The notes: generated by a model from the sequence alone, not told the origin. Positions 28,168 through 37,892 are shown, counted from the first letter of the stretch. The stretch: 64,000 nt of DNA from Candidatus Lustribacter sp. (GCA_965277805.1 OZ255842.1:4640001-4704000); one strand, 5' to 3'. Numbers and translations: made by a program.

Positions 28168-28862
28168 TACGCCACTCCCACGTGCGCCGCGATCGCGCCG
28201 CCGCCGAGCCGCACGTAGCGCACGTCGGAAAATCCGGCGCTGCGAAAGCGCGCGGCGAGCTCGTCGGCGTCGGGATAATTCGTCAGCGAGTTCGGCAGAT
28301 ACGTGTACGCGGTTTTCGAACCGCCGACGAGCCCGCCGACCAGCGGCACGAGCCGGTAGAAGTAGAGGTTGAAGAGCCGCCGGAAGAGCGGGTTGGGTGC
28401 TTTCGACACATCGAGGTTCACGAAGCGCGCGCCCGGTTTAAGCACGCGGCGCGCTTCCTTTAAGGTCGCGACGATGTCGACGACGTTGCGCATTGAGAAG
28501 CCCATCGTCGCGCCGTCGAACGTGGCGTCGGGGAAGGGCAGCGCCATCACGTCGGCTTCGATGAAGTTCGTGCGGCCGGCGCGATCCTCGCGCGGTGCAC
28601 GGGCCCGCGCGCCGTCGAGCATCGGGCCGCAGAAATCGGCGCCGGTCACTTCGAGGCTCGGATCGGTGCGCACCAGGTGAAACGCCAGATCGCCGGTGCC
28701 GCAGCACAGGTCCAGAACGCGGCCGCCGTGGGGCGCCGCGAGCTCCGCCACGGCACGCTTGCGCCAGGCCTCGTCCGCGCCCGCGGTGAGGATTTTGTTG
28801 GTCGCGTCGTAGCGCGGTGCGATTTCCGCAAACATTTCGCGGACGTAAACAGCCTTATCCAT
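28167..28862 (-). CDS. menG: Demethylmenaquinone methyltransferase
   Basis: MF..IAPRYD, VLDLCCGTGD, LPFPDATFD, MRNV and YTYL..S. Confidence 0.9.
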   Translation of the reverse strand: MDKAVYVREMFAEIAPRYDATNKILTAGADEAWRKRAVAELAAPHGGRVLDLCCGTGDLAFHLVRTDPSLEVTGADFCGPMLDGARARAPREDRAGRTNFIEADVMALPFPDATFDGATMGFSMRNVVDIVATLKEARRVLKPGARFVNLDVSKAPNPLFRRLFNLYFYRLVPLVGGLVGGSKTAYTYLPNSLTNYPDADELAARFRSAGFSDVRYVRLGGGAIAAHVGVA

Positions 28863-28944
28863 TCGTGCCGACCCGTTGGGTTCGCCGCAGCCAAGGTTCT
28901 TCACTTTGGCCTTGCCGCTGCTCGGTTGTGCGTGACTGTCGAGC

Positions 28945-29823
28945 GTGATTGCCCTCGATTCTGCCACCGGCTTCATCAATACGCTCGCAAGCGCGCAGCG
29001 GATTCACTTGACCGCCTACATCCTCCAACGGGGCAAGGTGCTCGACGCGCTGGTCGCGGCGGCCCGCCGTGGGGCCGAGGTCGAAGTCCGGCTGGAGCGC
29101 GATCCCCTCGACGGTCCCGCGGGCGAGCTCCATCGCGTCAACGCCGACGCCTTGACCAAGCTGAAGGCGGCCGGAGCCAGCGCCGAGGCAACCAAGCCGG
29201 GTGAACCGATGCTTCATTTGAAGGCGGCGGTGGTCGACGGCGTCGCCTGGCTCGACGACCGCAACTGGGCCGCCGGCGGAGCCGGGCGCCTCATCCGCGA
29301 CACCGACCCAGCGGACGTGGCCGCTGTGGACTCAGCCGTCAGCGGCGGACCCGGCGCCGACCAGCAGCTGGCCACGACCAAGGCCGGCGCGCAACAGTTG
29401 GAGGCCGATGTGATCGTCCGCGCCGGAGCCGATCCGCTGGACGTGGAGAGCGAGTCGTTCGGCAGCGGGGCGATCTACAATGCGCTGCTCCACCGGGCTG
29501 AGTCGCATTTGCCGACCCGCCTGATCGTCGCGGGCCGCGAGGCGGCGCAGGCGACCGGCGGTCTCGAGCGCGCGCATCTGAAGCATTTGGCCGCCCTCGG
29601 AGTCGAGGTGCGGCTCGGTAATCCCAAGCACGGCGATCTGAACGAAAAGCTCGCCGTCGCCGGCGGTTCGGCCTGGGTCGGCTCGACCAATGCCACCTAC
29701 GCGCGCGGTCCCGCTGGAGAACAGCGCGACTGGGGCCTCAGGACGCAAGAGGCGCCGGTCGTCGACGGGCTACGCGCGGCGTTCGAACGCAATTGGTCGG
29801 CGGCGAGCCCGCTCGCTCCATAA
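28945..29823 (+). CDS. Phospholipase D-superfamily protein
   Basis: HLKAAVVD (HKD) and a degenerate second motif NEKLAVAG...WVGSTN. Confidence 0.75.
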   Translation: MIALDSATGFINTLASAQRIHLTAYILQRGKVLDALVAAARRGAEVEVRLERDPLDGPAGELHRVNADALTKLKAAGASAEATKPGEPMLHLKAAVVDGVAWLDDRNWAAGGAGRLIRDTDPADVAAVDSAVSGGPGADQQLATTKAGAQQLEADVIVRAGADPLDVESESFGSGAIYNALLHRAESHLPTRLIVAGREAAQATGGLERAHLKHLAALGVEVRLGNPKHGDLNEKLAVAGGSAWVGSTNATYARGPAGEQRDWGLRTQEAPVVDGLRAAFERNWSAASPLAP

Positions 29824-29845
29824 GGACCTGGCGGTCCGAGCGAGT

Positions 29846-31480
29846 ATGGGTTCGGCCGTGGCTGTTTCAAACAAGTACGACTACGTCATCGTCGGCGCCG
29901 GTTCGGCCGGGTGCGTGCTCGCGCGCCGGCTGACGGAAGATCCGTCGATTCGCGTGTTGTTGCTCGAAGCGGGCGGCGACGATTCGCATCCCTATTTGCG
30001 CGTACCGATCGGCGTCGCGAAACTGCACCAGCACCGCATGTTCGATTGGGGCTACAATACGGTCGTCGAAGAAGGAATGGCCGGTCGCGAACTGATGACG
30101 CTGCGCGGCAAAGTGCTGGGCGGCTCGTCGTCGATCAACATGATGGCGTTGACGCGCGGCTCGAGCGGCGACTTCGAACGCTGGGAACGCGGCGGTGCGA
30201 CCGGCTGGGGCTGGAACGACGTGCTGCCGTACTTCAAGCGCTTCGAAACGTGGGAAGGCGGCGAGACGCCGTTGCGCGGCGGCAGCGGCCCGCTGACCGT
30301 CGAGTTTGCAAAGACCGACGATCCGATCGAAGAGGCGATGTACGAGGCCGCCGTGTCGCTCGGGTATCCGCGCACGCCGGACTACAATTCTGAAAGCGTC
30401 GGCTTCGGACGCACGCAGTTCAGCATCAGCAAAGGCCGCCGCCATTCGGCGGCGCGTGCGTTCTTGCGCGATATCATGAAGCGTCCAAATCTCACGGTGC
30501 TCACGCACGCGACCGCGCGGCGGGTGTTGCTCGACGGCACGAAAGCCTACGGCGTTGCGTACGGTCACAAGGGCGTCATCACGACCGCCGAAGCGCAGCG
30601 CGAAGTGATCCTGAGCGGCGGCGCGTTCAACACCCCGCAATTGCTGATGCTCTCGGGCATCGGGCCGGCCGATCACTTGCGGGAACACGGCATCGACGTC
30701 GTCGCCGCGTTGCCGGTGGGCGATAACTTACAGGATCACCTGAAGGGCGTGCTGTTGTGGAAGCGCCGGCTGCCTGAAGGGCCGCTGCACCGCTTCCTGC
30801 GCTTCGATCGCGTCGCGCTCGCGTTTGCGCAAGCCTATCTCTTCGGTACGGGACCCGCGTCGAAGATGCCGCTCGGCATTCAAGCCTTCATCAAGACGAG
30901 TCCCGAACTCGACGTGCCGGACATCGAGTTCATGCTGCGCACCGCGCCGGTCACGGCTGCGCCGTATTTCCCCGGCGTGCTTCCCGGCTATGACGATGCG
31001 TTCGGCATCGATCCGGTGATCTTGCATCCGGAGAGTCGCGGAACGGTTCGCCTGCAGTCGGCCGATCCGCTTGCGCCGGTGCGCATTCAGTACAATTACC
31101 TGAGCGCGCCGGCTGATATCGCGAAGTTCCGGCAAGGCTTCCGGCTGGCGCGCGAGATCGGCAACCAGGCCGCGCTCGATGCATACCGCGACGTGGAACT
31201 CGTCCCGGGCCCGGACGTGACCAGCGACGCCGACATCGACGCGCATCTGCGCCGCACCTCAACGACCGTGAGCCATCCCGTGAGCACGTGTCGCATGGGC
31301 ACCGGCGAGAACTGCGTGCTCGATCCCGATCTACGCGTGCGCGGCATCGAGAATTTGCGCGTGGCCGACGCGTCGGCATTCCCCGAACTCGTCTCGGCGC
31401 ACACGAATGCCGCGGTGTTCATGCTCGCCGAGAAAGCGTCCGACATCGTCCGCGGCCGCGAGCTTGCGGTGGCCAAATGA
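29846..31480 (+). CDS. GMC-family oxidoreductase
   Basis: YDYVIVGAGSAGC, GKVLGGSSSIN, VGDNLQDH and H...TCRMG. Confidence 0.93.
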   Translation: MGSAVAVSNKYDYVIVGAGSAGCVLARRLTEDPSIRVLLLEAGGDDSHPYLRVPIGVAKLHQHRMFDWGYNTVVEEGMAGRELMTLRGKVLGGSSSINMMALTRGSSGDFERWERGGATGWGWNDVLPYFKRFETWEGGETPLRGGSGPLTVEFAKTDDPIEEAMYEAAVSLGYPRTPDYNSESVGFGRTQFSISKGRRHSAARAFLRDIMKRPNLTVLTHATARRVLLDGTKAYGVAYGHKGVITTAEAQREVILSGGAFNTPQLLMLSGIGPADHLREHGIDVVAALPVGDNLQDHLKGVLLWKRRLPEGPLHRFLRFDRVALAFAQAYLFGTGPASKMPLGIQAFIKTSPELDVPDIEFMLRTAPVTAAPYFPGVLPGYDDAFGIDPVILHPESRGTVRLQSADPLAPVRIQYNYLSAPADIAKFRQGFRLAREIGNQAALDAYRDVELVPGPDVTSDADIDAHLRRTSTTVSHPVSTCRMGTGENCVLDPDLRVRGIENLRVADASAFPELVSAHTNAAVFMLAEKASDIVRGRELAVAK

Positions 31481-31851
31481 GCAACGCCGGCGAAGCGGCG
31501 CAATTGCTCAGCGGTTCGGTGCGGCTGAAGCTGTTCGTGATGCTTAGGCGGACGCTGGAGCCGGCGCTGTTGCGCGAGCATCTCGCCTCGCACCTGCGCT
31601 GGATGATCGATGCGGAAAAGCGCGGGGCGATCTTTCTTTCGGGGCCGATCGCGAAGCGCGAAGGTGGCACGCACCTCGATGGTTTGACGATCGTCCACAC
31701 GGCGAGTCTGGCCGAAGCCGAGGCTGTCGCGGCCGAGGACCCGCTGGTGAAGATCGGCGCGGTTGCGTTCGAAATGCGCGAATGGACGGCGAACGAAGGC
31801 GCGATCAACGTGACCGTGACGCTGTCCGACAGCGCGGCTCGATTCCAATAA
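31477..31851 (+). CDS. YciI-family protein
   Basis: H.....E..G..FLSGP and EA..VAAEDP; ATGA overlap with the GMC gene. Confidence 0.8.
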   Translation: MSNAGEAAQLLSGSVRLKLFVMLRRTLEPALLREHLASHLRWMIDAEKRGAIFLSGPIAKREGGTHLDGLTIVHTASLAEAEAVAAEDPLVKIGAVAFEMREWTANEGAINVTVTLSDSAARFQ

Positions 31852-31858
31852 TCGGGCC

Positions 31859-32632
31859 TTAGCTCAAGCCGAAAAAGCTCTTCGCAGTCGCCGTCGTCGT
31901 TGCATTGACCTCGGCGAGGTCGACGTTGAGGATCTTCGCCACCATGGCGGCGCTCTCGGTCACGAACGCGGGTTCGTTGCGTTTGCCGCGGTACGGTACG
32001 GGCGCGAGATACGGGCAATCGGTTTCCATGATCACCGGTGCCAGGCCGACCGTGCGCACGGCCTCGCGCAATCCCTCGGCGGTCTTAAACGTCAGCACGC
32101 CGCCGATCCCGAGCAGCATGCCGAATTCCTCGACGAAAGTGGTCGCTTCCGATGCGTTGCCGCTGAAGCAGTGGATCACGCCGCGCATCGTGCTGCGATC
32201 CCACTCGGCGCGTAAGATGGCGACGAAGTCGTTGAATGCTTCGCGCTGGTGGAACACCACCGGCAGCGCAGCGGCGCGGGCGTAGGCGATCTGGTCGCGC
32301 AGAACGCGGCGCTGATCCTCGGCCGGGCTGTGGTTGTAGTGGTAATCGAGCCCGGTTTCCCCAATCGCCACGATCGGCGCGTTTGCTCCCGCGCGCAACG
32401 CGTCGAACGCCGCGGCAATATCTTCCGGGGCATCCTTGGCCTCGTGGGGATGAATGCCGATGGTGGCGAGCAGGCCGTACGACTCGGCCGTACGGATCGC
32501 GCGCTCGCTGTCCTCGAGGTCGGTCCCGATCGTTACGATCGTGTTAACCCCGGCCGCGTGCGCGCGCTCGATCGTGGCGGCACGATCTTCGTCATATTGG
32601 TGATCATGGACGTGTGCATGGGTATCGATCAT
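31859..32632 (-). CDS. tatD: TatD-family hydrolase
   Basis: MIDTHAH, GIHPH, IGETGLDY and ETDCPYLAP. Confidence 0.95.
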   Translation of the reverse strand: MIDTHAHVHDHQYDEDRAATIERAHAAGVNTIVTIGTDLEDSERAIRTAESYGLLATIGIHPHEAKDAPEDIAAAFDALRAGANAPIVAIGETGLDYHYNHSPAEDQRRVLRDQIAYARAAALPVVFHQREAFNDFVAILRAEWDRSTMRGVIHCFSGNASEATTFVEEFGMLLGIGGVLTFKTAEGLREAVRTVGLAPVIMETDCPYLAPVPYRGKRNEPAFVTESAAMVAKILNVDLAEVNATTTATAKSFFGLS

Positions 32633-32638
32633 TTTGTT

Positions 32639-34048
32639 ATGGATACGTTCCCTCCGAAGCGGGAGATTCCGTGGCCCCTCGCGGCGAACTCCGATTGGGC
32701 CGTGAAATCGTTCCGCTCGATCGCCGAAGCGTTCCACCTCGGTAAGGCGCTGACCGGCGAGGCAACCCATCTCGACATCGAGCAACTGCGCGAAGAGATG
32801 GAGGCGTGCATCGAAGCCCGCGGCGGCGACGTTGCCACTCGTGCACGCGCGACGGCGATCGGAGCGCGTTACGCCTCGCTCGCGCCGGCGGCCCGCCCGC
32901 GCTTTTTCGAAGTCCTCTCGAGCTTCGATGTCGATCGGGCTGAAGTCGACGGCGCGATTGCCGCCGTTGCCGCTGCCGGCGACGATCGCGAACGCGGTGC
33001 GGCCGAGCGCCGCCTGCGCTCCGCCCTCGTACCGTCGCGCGTCCGTTTGCTCCGCGCGTTCAACAGTTTGCCGAGCGGCGTGAAGTTTCTGGTCGAGATG
33101 CGCGCCGATCTGCTCGACATCGTGAAGCTCGAACCCGCGCTGGCGCCGCTCGAAGCCGATCTCAAGGATCTGCTCGCATCGTGGTTCGACTTGGGGTTTC
33201 TCGAAATGCGGCGCATCTCGTGGGACGCGCCCGCTTCGCTGCTGGAGAAACTCGGGCGCTACGAAGCGGTGCACGAAGTGCGCGGCTGGTCCGACCTGAA
33301 AAACCGGCTCGACGTCGATCGCCGCTGCTTCGCGTTCTTGCATCCGGCGATGCCCGACGAACCACTCATCTTCGTCGAGGTCGCGCTCACGGCCGAGATG
33401 TCGAGCAACATGGCCTCGCTGCTCGATCAGCACGCACCCGTCACCGATCCGGCGCTCGCGACCAACGCGATCTTCTACTCGATCTCGAACTGCCAGCGCG
33501 GCCTCGACGGCATCAGTTTCGGCAACGCGCTGATCAAGCGCGTCGTGCAAGAGCTCACGCGCGAGTTTCGCCACATCCGGACGTTCGTGACGCTCTCGCC
33601 GATGCCGCGCTTTCGCGACTGGCTGGAGACGCAGGGCGCTCCGGGCGACACCGGCGACGTGCCGCTCAAGGCGATGTTCACCAACCGCGGCTGGGCACGC
33701 GACGCGGCTGCGGCGGCAAGTCTGAAGACGCCGCTACTGGAGTTGGCGGCGCACTACCTCATCGAAGCGAAACGCGGCAAGCGCGCCTTCGATCCGGTCG
33801 CGCATTTCCACCTTAGCAACGGCGCCCGTCTCGAACGGCTCAATTGGCTCGCCGACACGTCGGCGCGCGGCATGCGCGAATCCGCCGGCATGATGGCCAA
33901 CTATCTCTATCGCCTCGATCAAATCGACGACAACCAAACCGCCTACGCCGCCGACGGCCGCGTCGTCGCCAACCCCCACGTCATCGCACTGCTCGCCCCC
34001 CGCCGCATTCACGTCCCGTCCCCCAAACGCGAAGACACCGCAGTCTAA
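32639..34048 (+). CDS. Malonyl-CoA decarboxylase
   Basis: YEAVHE, FYSISNCQ.GL.GISFGN.LIK.VV, TLSP.P and DPVAHFHLSNGA; start uncertain. Confidence 0.92.
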   Translation: MDTFPPKREIPWPLAANSDWAVKSFRSIAEAFHLGKALTGEATHLDIEQLREEMEACIEARGGDVATRARATAIGARYASLAPAARPRFFEVLSSFDVDRAEVDGAIAAVAAAGDDRERGAAERRLRSALVPSRVRLLRAFNSLPSGVKFLVEMRADLLDIVKLEPALAPLEADLKDLLASWFDLGFLEMRRISWDAPASLLEKLGRYEAVHEVRGWSDLKNRLDVDRRCFAFLHPAMPDEPLIFVEVALTAEMSSNMASLLDQHAPVTDPALATNAIFYSISNCQRGLDGISFGNALIKRVVQELTREFRHIRTFVTLSPMPRFRDWLETQGAPGDTGDVPLKAMFTNRGWARDAAAAASLKTPLLELAAHYLIEAKRGKRAFDPVAHFHLSNGARLERLNWLADTSARGMRESAGMMANYLYRLDQIDDNQTAYAADGRVVANPHVIALLAPRRIHVPSPKREDTAV

Positions 34049-34055
34049 ACTCCGT

Positions 34056-34081
34056 CTGTCATCCCGAGCTTGTCGAGGGAC
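34056..34081. repeat. REP-like repeat, copy 2 (inverted)
   Basis: CTGTCATCCCGAGCTTGTCGAGGGAC, the reverse complement of copies 1 and 3. Confidence 0.85.
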
Positions 34082-34520
34082 CGCCACCAGATTCCATATA
34101 CACCTTGAACCGGTCTTCGCGCACGACGGTGAAGCCGAGGCGTTCGTAGAGCCGGCGGGCGGGATTGATGCGCGCGGTATCTAGGCGCAGTGCAAGATCG
34201 AGTTCGCGTGCCTCATCGAGCAACTGCTGCAGAAGGTGCGTTCCGATTCCACGACGATGGTGTTTCGGCGCGAGATAGATCGAATGTAGGTAGATGTCGT
34301 CGCTGCGTTGCACGGTGAGCCAGCCGCCGTCTTCGCCGTCGACGACGACGATCGAGGTGTTCGAGGCGTCGTACTGTTCCGCGAACTGCTCGCTTTCGAC
34401 ATCATCGCCGCGCCAGCCGAACAGCGCCTCGATGAGCCAGCGCTGCGTCTCGAAATACACGCGCTCGACAAACGCACGATCGCCGGCGAGCGCCGGTCGC
34501 AACGCGATCTGCGCGGGCAC
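34059..34520 (-). CDS. GNAT-family N-acetyltransferase
   Basis: HRRGIGT.LL and NPARRLYERLGF. Confidence 0.88.
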   Translation of the reverse strand: MPAQIALRPALAGDRAFVERVYFETQRWLIEALFGWRGDDVESEQFAEQYDASNTSIVVVDGEDGGWLTVQRSDDIYLHSIYLAPKHHRRGIGTHLLQQLLDEARELDLALRLDTARINPARRLYERLGFTVVREDRFKVYMESGGGPSTSSG

Positions 34521-36041
34521 CTACGCCGCGGGTGGTTCGAGTCGCGGGAAGAGCGCATCGCCCGGTGCGGTCTGCGTCTCGGCGGCGAGTGCGCCCCAGA
34601 CGAGCTGCTCTTGCCACGGCACGTCGGGTCCGCCGGCGAGGCCGAGTTGCCGCCACATTTCGGTCGCCTTCGACGGCATAAACGGAAAGAGCAAGATCGC
34701 GGTAAAGCGCAAGCCTTCGCACAGATCGTAGAGCAGCGCGTCGAGTTCGACGCCCTTTTCATGTTTGTAGAGGTCCCACGGTTTGCGCTCGTCGATCTCA
34801 CGGTTGAGCGCCGTGATCAGCTCCCAGATCGTATCGAGTCCTTCGCGGAAGCGCAGCGCGAGCACGTGTTCGTGCACTTGCGCGCCGATGTCGGCGAAGC
34901 GTTCGCCGAGTTGCGATTCGCTCGCCGCCGGGACGAGGCCGTTGCGGTACTTCGTGAGCATCGCGAGCGAGCGCCGCAACAAGTTGCCGAGATCGTTGCC
35001 GAGATCGGAATTGTGCCGCTGGCGCAGCTTCTCGAACGAGATCGAGAAGTCGCTGCCGAAGGGCGCTTCGCGAAAGAGAAAATAGCGCACGGCGTCGGCG
35101 CCGAATTGATCGACCAGGTTGAACGGATCGACGACGTTGCCTTGGCTCTTCGACATCTTTTCGCCGTCGGTCAAGAGCCAACCGTGCGCGAAGACGCGCG
35201 CCGGCTCGGCGAGCCCGGCCGACCACAGCATCGCCGGCCAGATCAGCGTGTGAAAGCGCGCGATTTCCTTGCCGATTAGATGCACGCCCGGCCAGTAACG
35301 CTCCATCAGCACCGTGTCGGCCGGATAGCCGAGTGCGGTAATATAGTTGATGAGCGCGTCGAACCACACGTAGAGCACGCCGCCACCCGGCAGCGGGATG
35401 CCCCAATCGATCGTCGCGCGCGAGATCGAGAGATCTTCGAGTCCGCCCTCGAGTGTGCGCATCATCTCGTTATAGACCGCTTGCGGACGCAAAAATTCCG
35501 GCTTGGCCTTGAAGTGCGCGATCAGGCGATCGGTATAGGCCGAGAGTTTGAAGAACCAGTTCTTTTCCGAGAGCCACTGCACTTCGCGGCGGCATTCCGG
35601 ATTCGGACAGCGGCCGTCGATCAGCTTCGCTTCGGGCCAGAACGTCTCGTCGTTCGTGCAGTACCAGCCCTCATACGTGCCTTCGTACACGTCGCCGCTG
35701 GCGCGCATCTTTTCGAACATGGCGATGCACGCTTCACGATGGCGGGGTTCGGTCGTGCGGATGAAGTCCGAGAACTGGGCATCGAAGGTGGGCGCGAGCG
35801 CCTTCCACTGCGGTGCGAGTTCATCGACGTACTCCTGCGGCGTTTTGCCCGCGGCCTCGGCGGCTTGCGCGACCTTCTGCCCGTGTTCGTCGGTGCCGGT
35901 GAGCGAGCGCGCATCGCCGTCCCACGCCCGCGCGGTGCGCGCGAGAATGTCCGCCGCGATCGTCGTGTAGGCGTGGCCGATGTGCGGCGTGCCGCTGATA
36001 TAGTAGATCGGCGTGGTTACGTAAAAGGCGCGGTCGGTCAC
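34521..36041 (-). CDS. metG: Methionine--tRNA ligase (short form)
   Basis: YVTTPIYY, HIGH, YVWFDAL and KMSKS. Confidence 0.97.
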   Translation of the reverse strand: MTDRAFYVTTPIYYISGTPHIGHAYTTIAADILARTARAWDGDARSLTGTDEHGQKVAQAAEAAGKTPQEYVDELAPQWKALAPTFDAQFSDFIRTTEPRHREACIAMFEKMRASGDVYEGTYEGWYCTNDETFWPEAKLIDGRCPNPECRREVQWLSEKNWFFKLSAYTDRLIAHFKAKPEFLRPQAVYNEMMRTLEGGLEDLSISRATIDWGIPLPGGGVLYVWFDALINYITALGYPADTVLMERYWPGVHLIGKEIARFHTLIWPAMLWSAGLAEPARVFAHGWLLTDGEKMSKSQGNVVDPFNLVDQFGADAVRYFLFREAPFGSDFSISFEKLRQRHNSDLGNDLGNLLRRSLAMLTKYRNGLVPAASESQLGERFADIGAQVHEHVLALRFREGLDTIWELITALNREIDERKPWDLYKHEKGVELDALLYDLCEGLRFTAILLFPFMPSKATEMWRQLGLAGGPDVPWQEQLVWGALAAETQTAPGDALFPRLEPPAA

Positions 36042-36901
36042 GGTTCGTGCGTTCCCGCTCGGGTTGCGCCGGCACCTTCGCTACGGCGCGCACCGACCCG
36101 CGCATACAACGCCTTGCGTTCGCCCGCGCCGTTCGCCGCGAGCTGTTTGGCGATCGCCGCGGTCGAGGCGCCGGCTGCGAGCAACGTGTCGATCTGGTCA
36201 TCGAGGCTAGCGCTGTCCGGTGCGGCGCCGGCGGCCGCGACGCCCGCGTCGATCACGAACGCGACCTCGCCGCGCATCGGATCGGGCAATGCCGCCGCCA
36301 CTTGCGCGGGCGTGCCGGCGACCTGCTGCTCGTAGAGCTTGGTGAATTCGCGCACGAGAAAGGTGCGCACGTCGGGGGCGATCGCCGCCAAGTCGCCTAG
36401 GGCCGCCGCGATGCGATGCGGCGACTCGTACCAGACGCTGGGAATCCCGCGGGCCATCGCGGCGCGAAACGCAGCCTTGCGCGCGCCGGACGTGCGCGGG
36501 GGAAAGCCCTCGAACACGAATCGCCGGACGTCGAATCCGGACAGCACCGCGGCGCAGGCGAATGCCGTCGGTCCGGGCAGCACCTCGATTTGGATGCCCG
36601 CCGCGCGGGCGGCGGCGACGAGCGCGCTGCCCGGATCGCTGATGCCGGGCATGCCCGCGTCGGTCACCACGGCGACGTTGCCGGCGGCGGCGCGTTCGAG
36701 AATCGCGGCGGTCGACGTCGCCGCGTTGTGCTCGTGATAGGTCCAGATCTGAGCGCCCGCGATGCCGTGCGCGGACAGGAGCCTTCGCGCGACGCGGGTG
36801 TCCTCGGCCACGATCAGTTCGGCCTCACGCAACGCATCGAGCGCGCGCAGCGTGATGTCACGCAAATTGCCGAGCGGCGTCGGGACGAAGGTCAATCCCA
36901 T
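36038..36901 (-). CDS. rsmI: 16S rRNA C1402 2'-O-methyltransferase
   Basis: PTPLGNL.DIT.RA, AEDTR, DAGMPGISDPG and YESPHR. Confidence 0.95.
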   Translation of the reverse strand: MGLTFVPTPLGNLRDITLRALDALREAELIVAEDTRVARRLLSAHGIAGAQIWTYHEHNAATSTAAILERAAAGNVAVVTDAGMPGISDPGSALVAAARAAGIQIEVLPGPTAFACAAVLSGFDVRRFVFEGFPPRTSGARKAAFRAAMARGIPSVWYESPHRIAAALGDLAAIAPDVRTFLVREFTKLYEQQVAGTPAQVAAALPDPMRGEVAFVIDAGVAAAGAAPDSASLDDQIDTLLAAGASTAAIAKQLAANGAGERKALYARVGARRSEGAGATRAGTHEP

Positions 36902-36938
36902 GAGGCCTAATTCGGCATCGCGATGCGAACACTTTGGT

Positions 36939-36968
36939 TTGACAAACGTCGCAAGCGCGTGTTAGGTT
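36939..36968 (+). promoter_or_regulatory. Sigma70-type promoter
   Basis: TTGACA-N18-TAGGTT. Confidence 0.6.
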
Positions 36969-37120
36969 TGGTGAGCGCGCTTCTTGCGCGCCGGAAAGGG
37001 GCAGCATTCGTGCAAAATATCGGTCAGCGAAATGATAATCGGTCGATGCGAGTCGACGATATTTTAACTTTGGAGGTTTGTTCTTCGTAAGTCGCTGCAC
37101 ACGTTGCGATGATCGGTTCG

Positions 37121-37145
37121 AACCTCCACATCTGGAGGTTTTTTT
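37121..37145 (+). terminator. Intrinsic terminator-like hairpin in a 5' leader
   Basis: AACCTCCA-CATC-TGGAGGTT followed by TTTTT, 5 nt before the ATG at 37151. Confidence 0.6.
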
Positions 37146-37150
37146 GTGTC

Positions 37151-37357
37151 ATGAACCCACATTTGCTCGCGGCCTTGGGCCGTGAGCGCCGCCGCGCCCT
37201 CGACGAAGATTTCGCTCGTGGCGATATCCTCGGCATCGGGTTGCGATCGCTCACGGGACGCGTACTGCGCGCGACGGGCGAGGGCTTGTTTCGTCTCGGC
37301 AGTGCGCTCGACGAACGGGTCCCCGAACCATCGCTGGTGGAAACACGTACGCGATGA
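37151..37357 (+). CDS. Small hypothetical protein (68 aa)
   Basis: ATG after the leader; ATGA overlap with the next gene. Confidence 0.6.
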   Translation: MNPHLLAALGRERRRALDEDFARGDILGIGLRSLTGRVLRATGEGLFRLGSALDERVPEPSLVETRTR

Positions 37358-37860
37358 CAACCATCGGTTTGGTCTCCGACACCCACTTTCCGCGCTTCGG
37401 GCGCGCGCTGCCGCGTGCGCTCGAAGACGGATTGCGGGCGGCGAAGGTCAGCCGCATTTTGCACATGGGCGATTTCACCGACCCGCTCGCGATCGGGCTT
37501 TTCGAAGCGATTGCACCGCTGGATGCGGTCGCCGGTAACAACGATCCGGAAGAAATCTGGAACCGGTACGGCCGCCAGAAAATCGTTACCGCCGACGGTG
37601 TGCGGATCGGGCTCGTTCACGGTGACGTGGGCCGCGGCAACGCGCACGACAACGCGATTCGCGCCTTCGCGCAGCAGCCGGTCGACGTGATCCTCTACGG
37701 GCATAGCCACCGCCCGGTGGTCGAAAAGCGCGGCGCTCAGCTCGTCGCCAATCCCGGCTCGCCGACCGATCGCCGGATGATGCCGACGTTTTCCTACGGC
37801 ATCCTCACGATCAGCGACGGCGTACCGGCAATAGCGCTGCACACCTACGCGGCGCGCTGA
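37354..37860 (+). CDS. YfcE-family metallophosphoesterase
   Basis: SDTH, HMGD, VAGNND, HGD, YGHSH and NPGS. Confidence 0.92.
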   Translation: MTTIGLVSDTHFPRFGRALPRALEDGLRAAKVSRILHMGDFTDPLAIGLFEAIAPLDAVAGNNDPEEIWNRYGRQKIVTADGVRIGLVHGDVGRGNAHDNAIRAFAQQPVDVILYGHSHRPVVEKRGAQLVANPGSPTDRRMMPTFSYGILTISDGVPAIALHTYAAR

Positions 37861-37892
37861 GGTTTTCGCACGCCGGTGCCGAAGAAGCGCCG

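Noticed and set aside
31859-33574. 571-aa TatD fusion
   Set aside because: The extension is antisense to malonyl-CoA decarboxylase; TatD starts at the canonical MIDTHAH.
36975-37145. Known riboswitch or T-box for metG
   Set aside because: Only partial GAAA/GCAAA resemblance to c-di-GMP-I; no T-box consensus, and the leader points away from metG.
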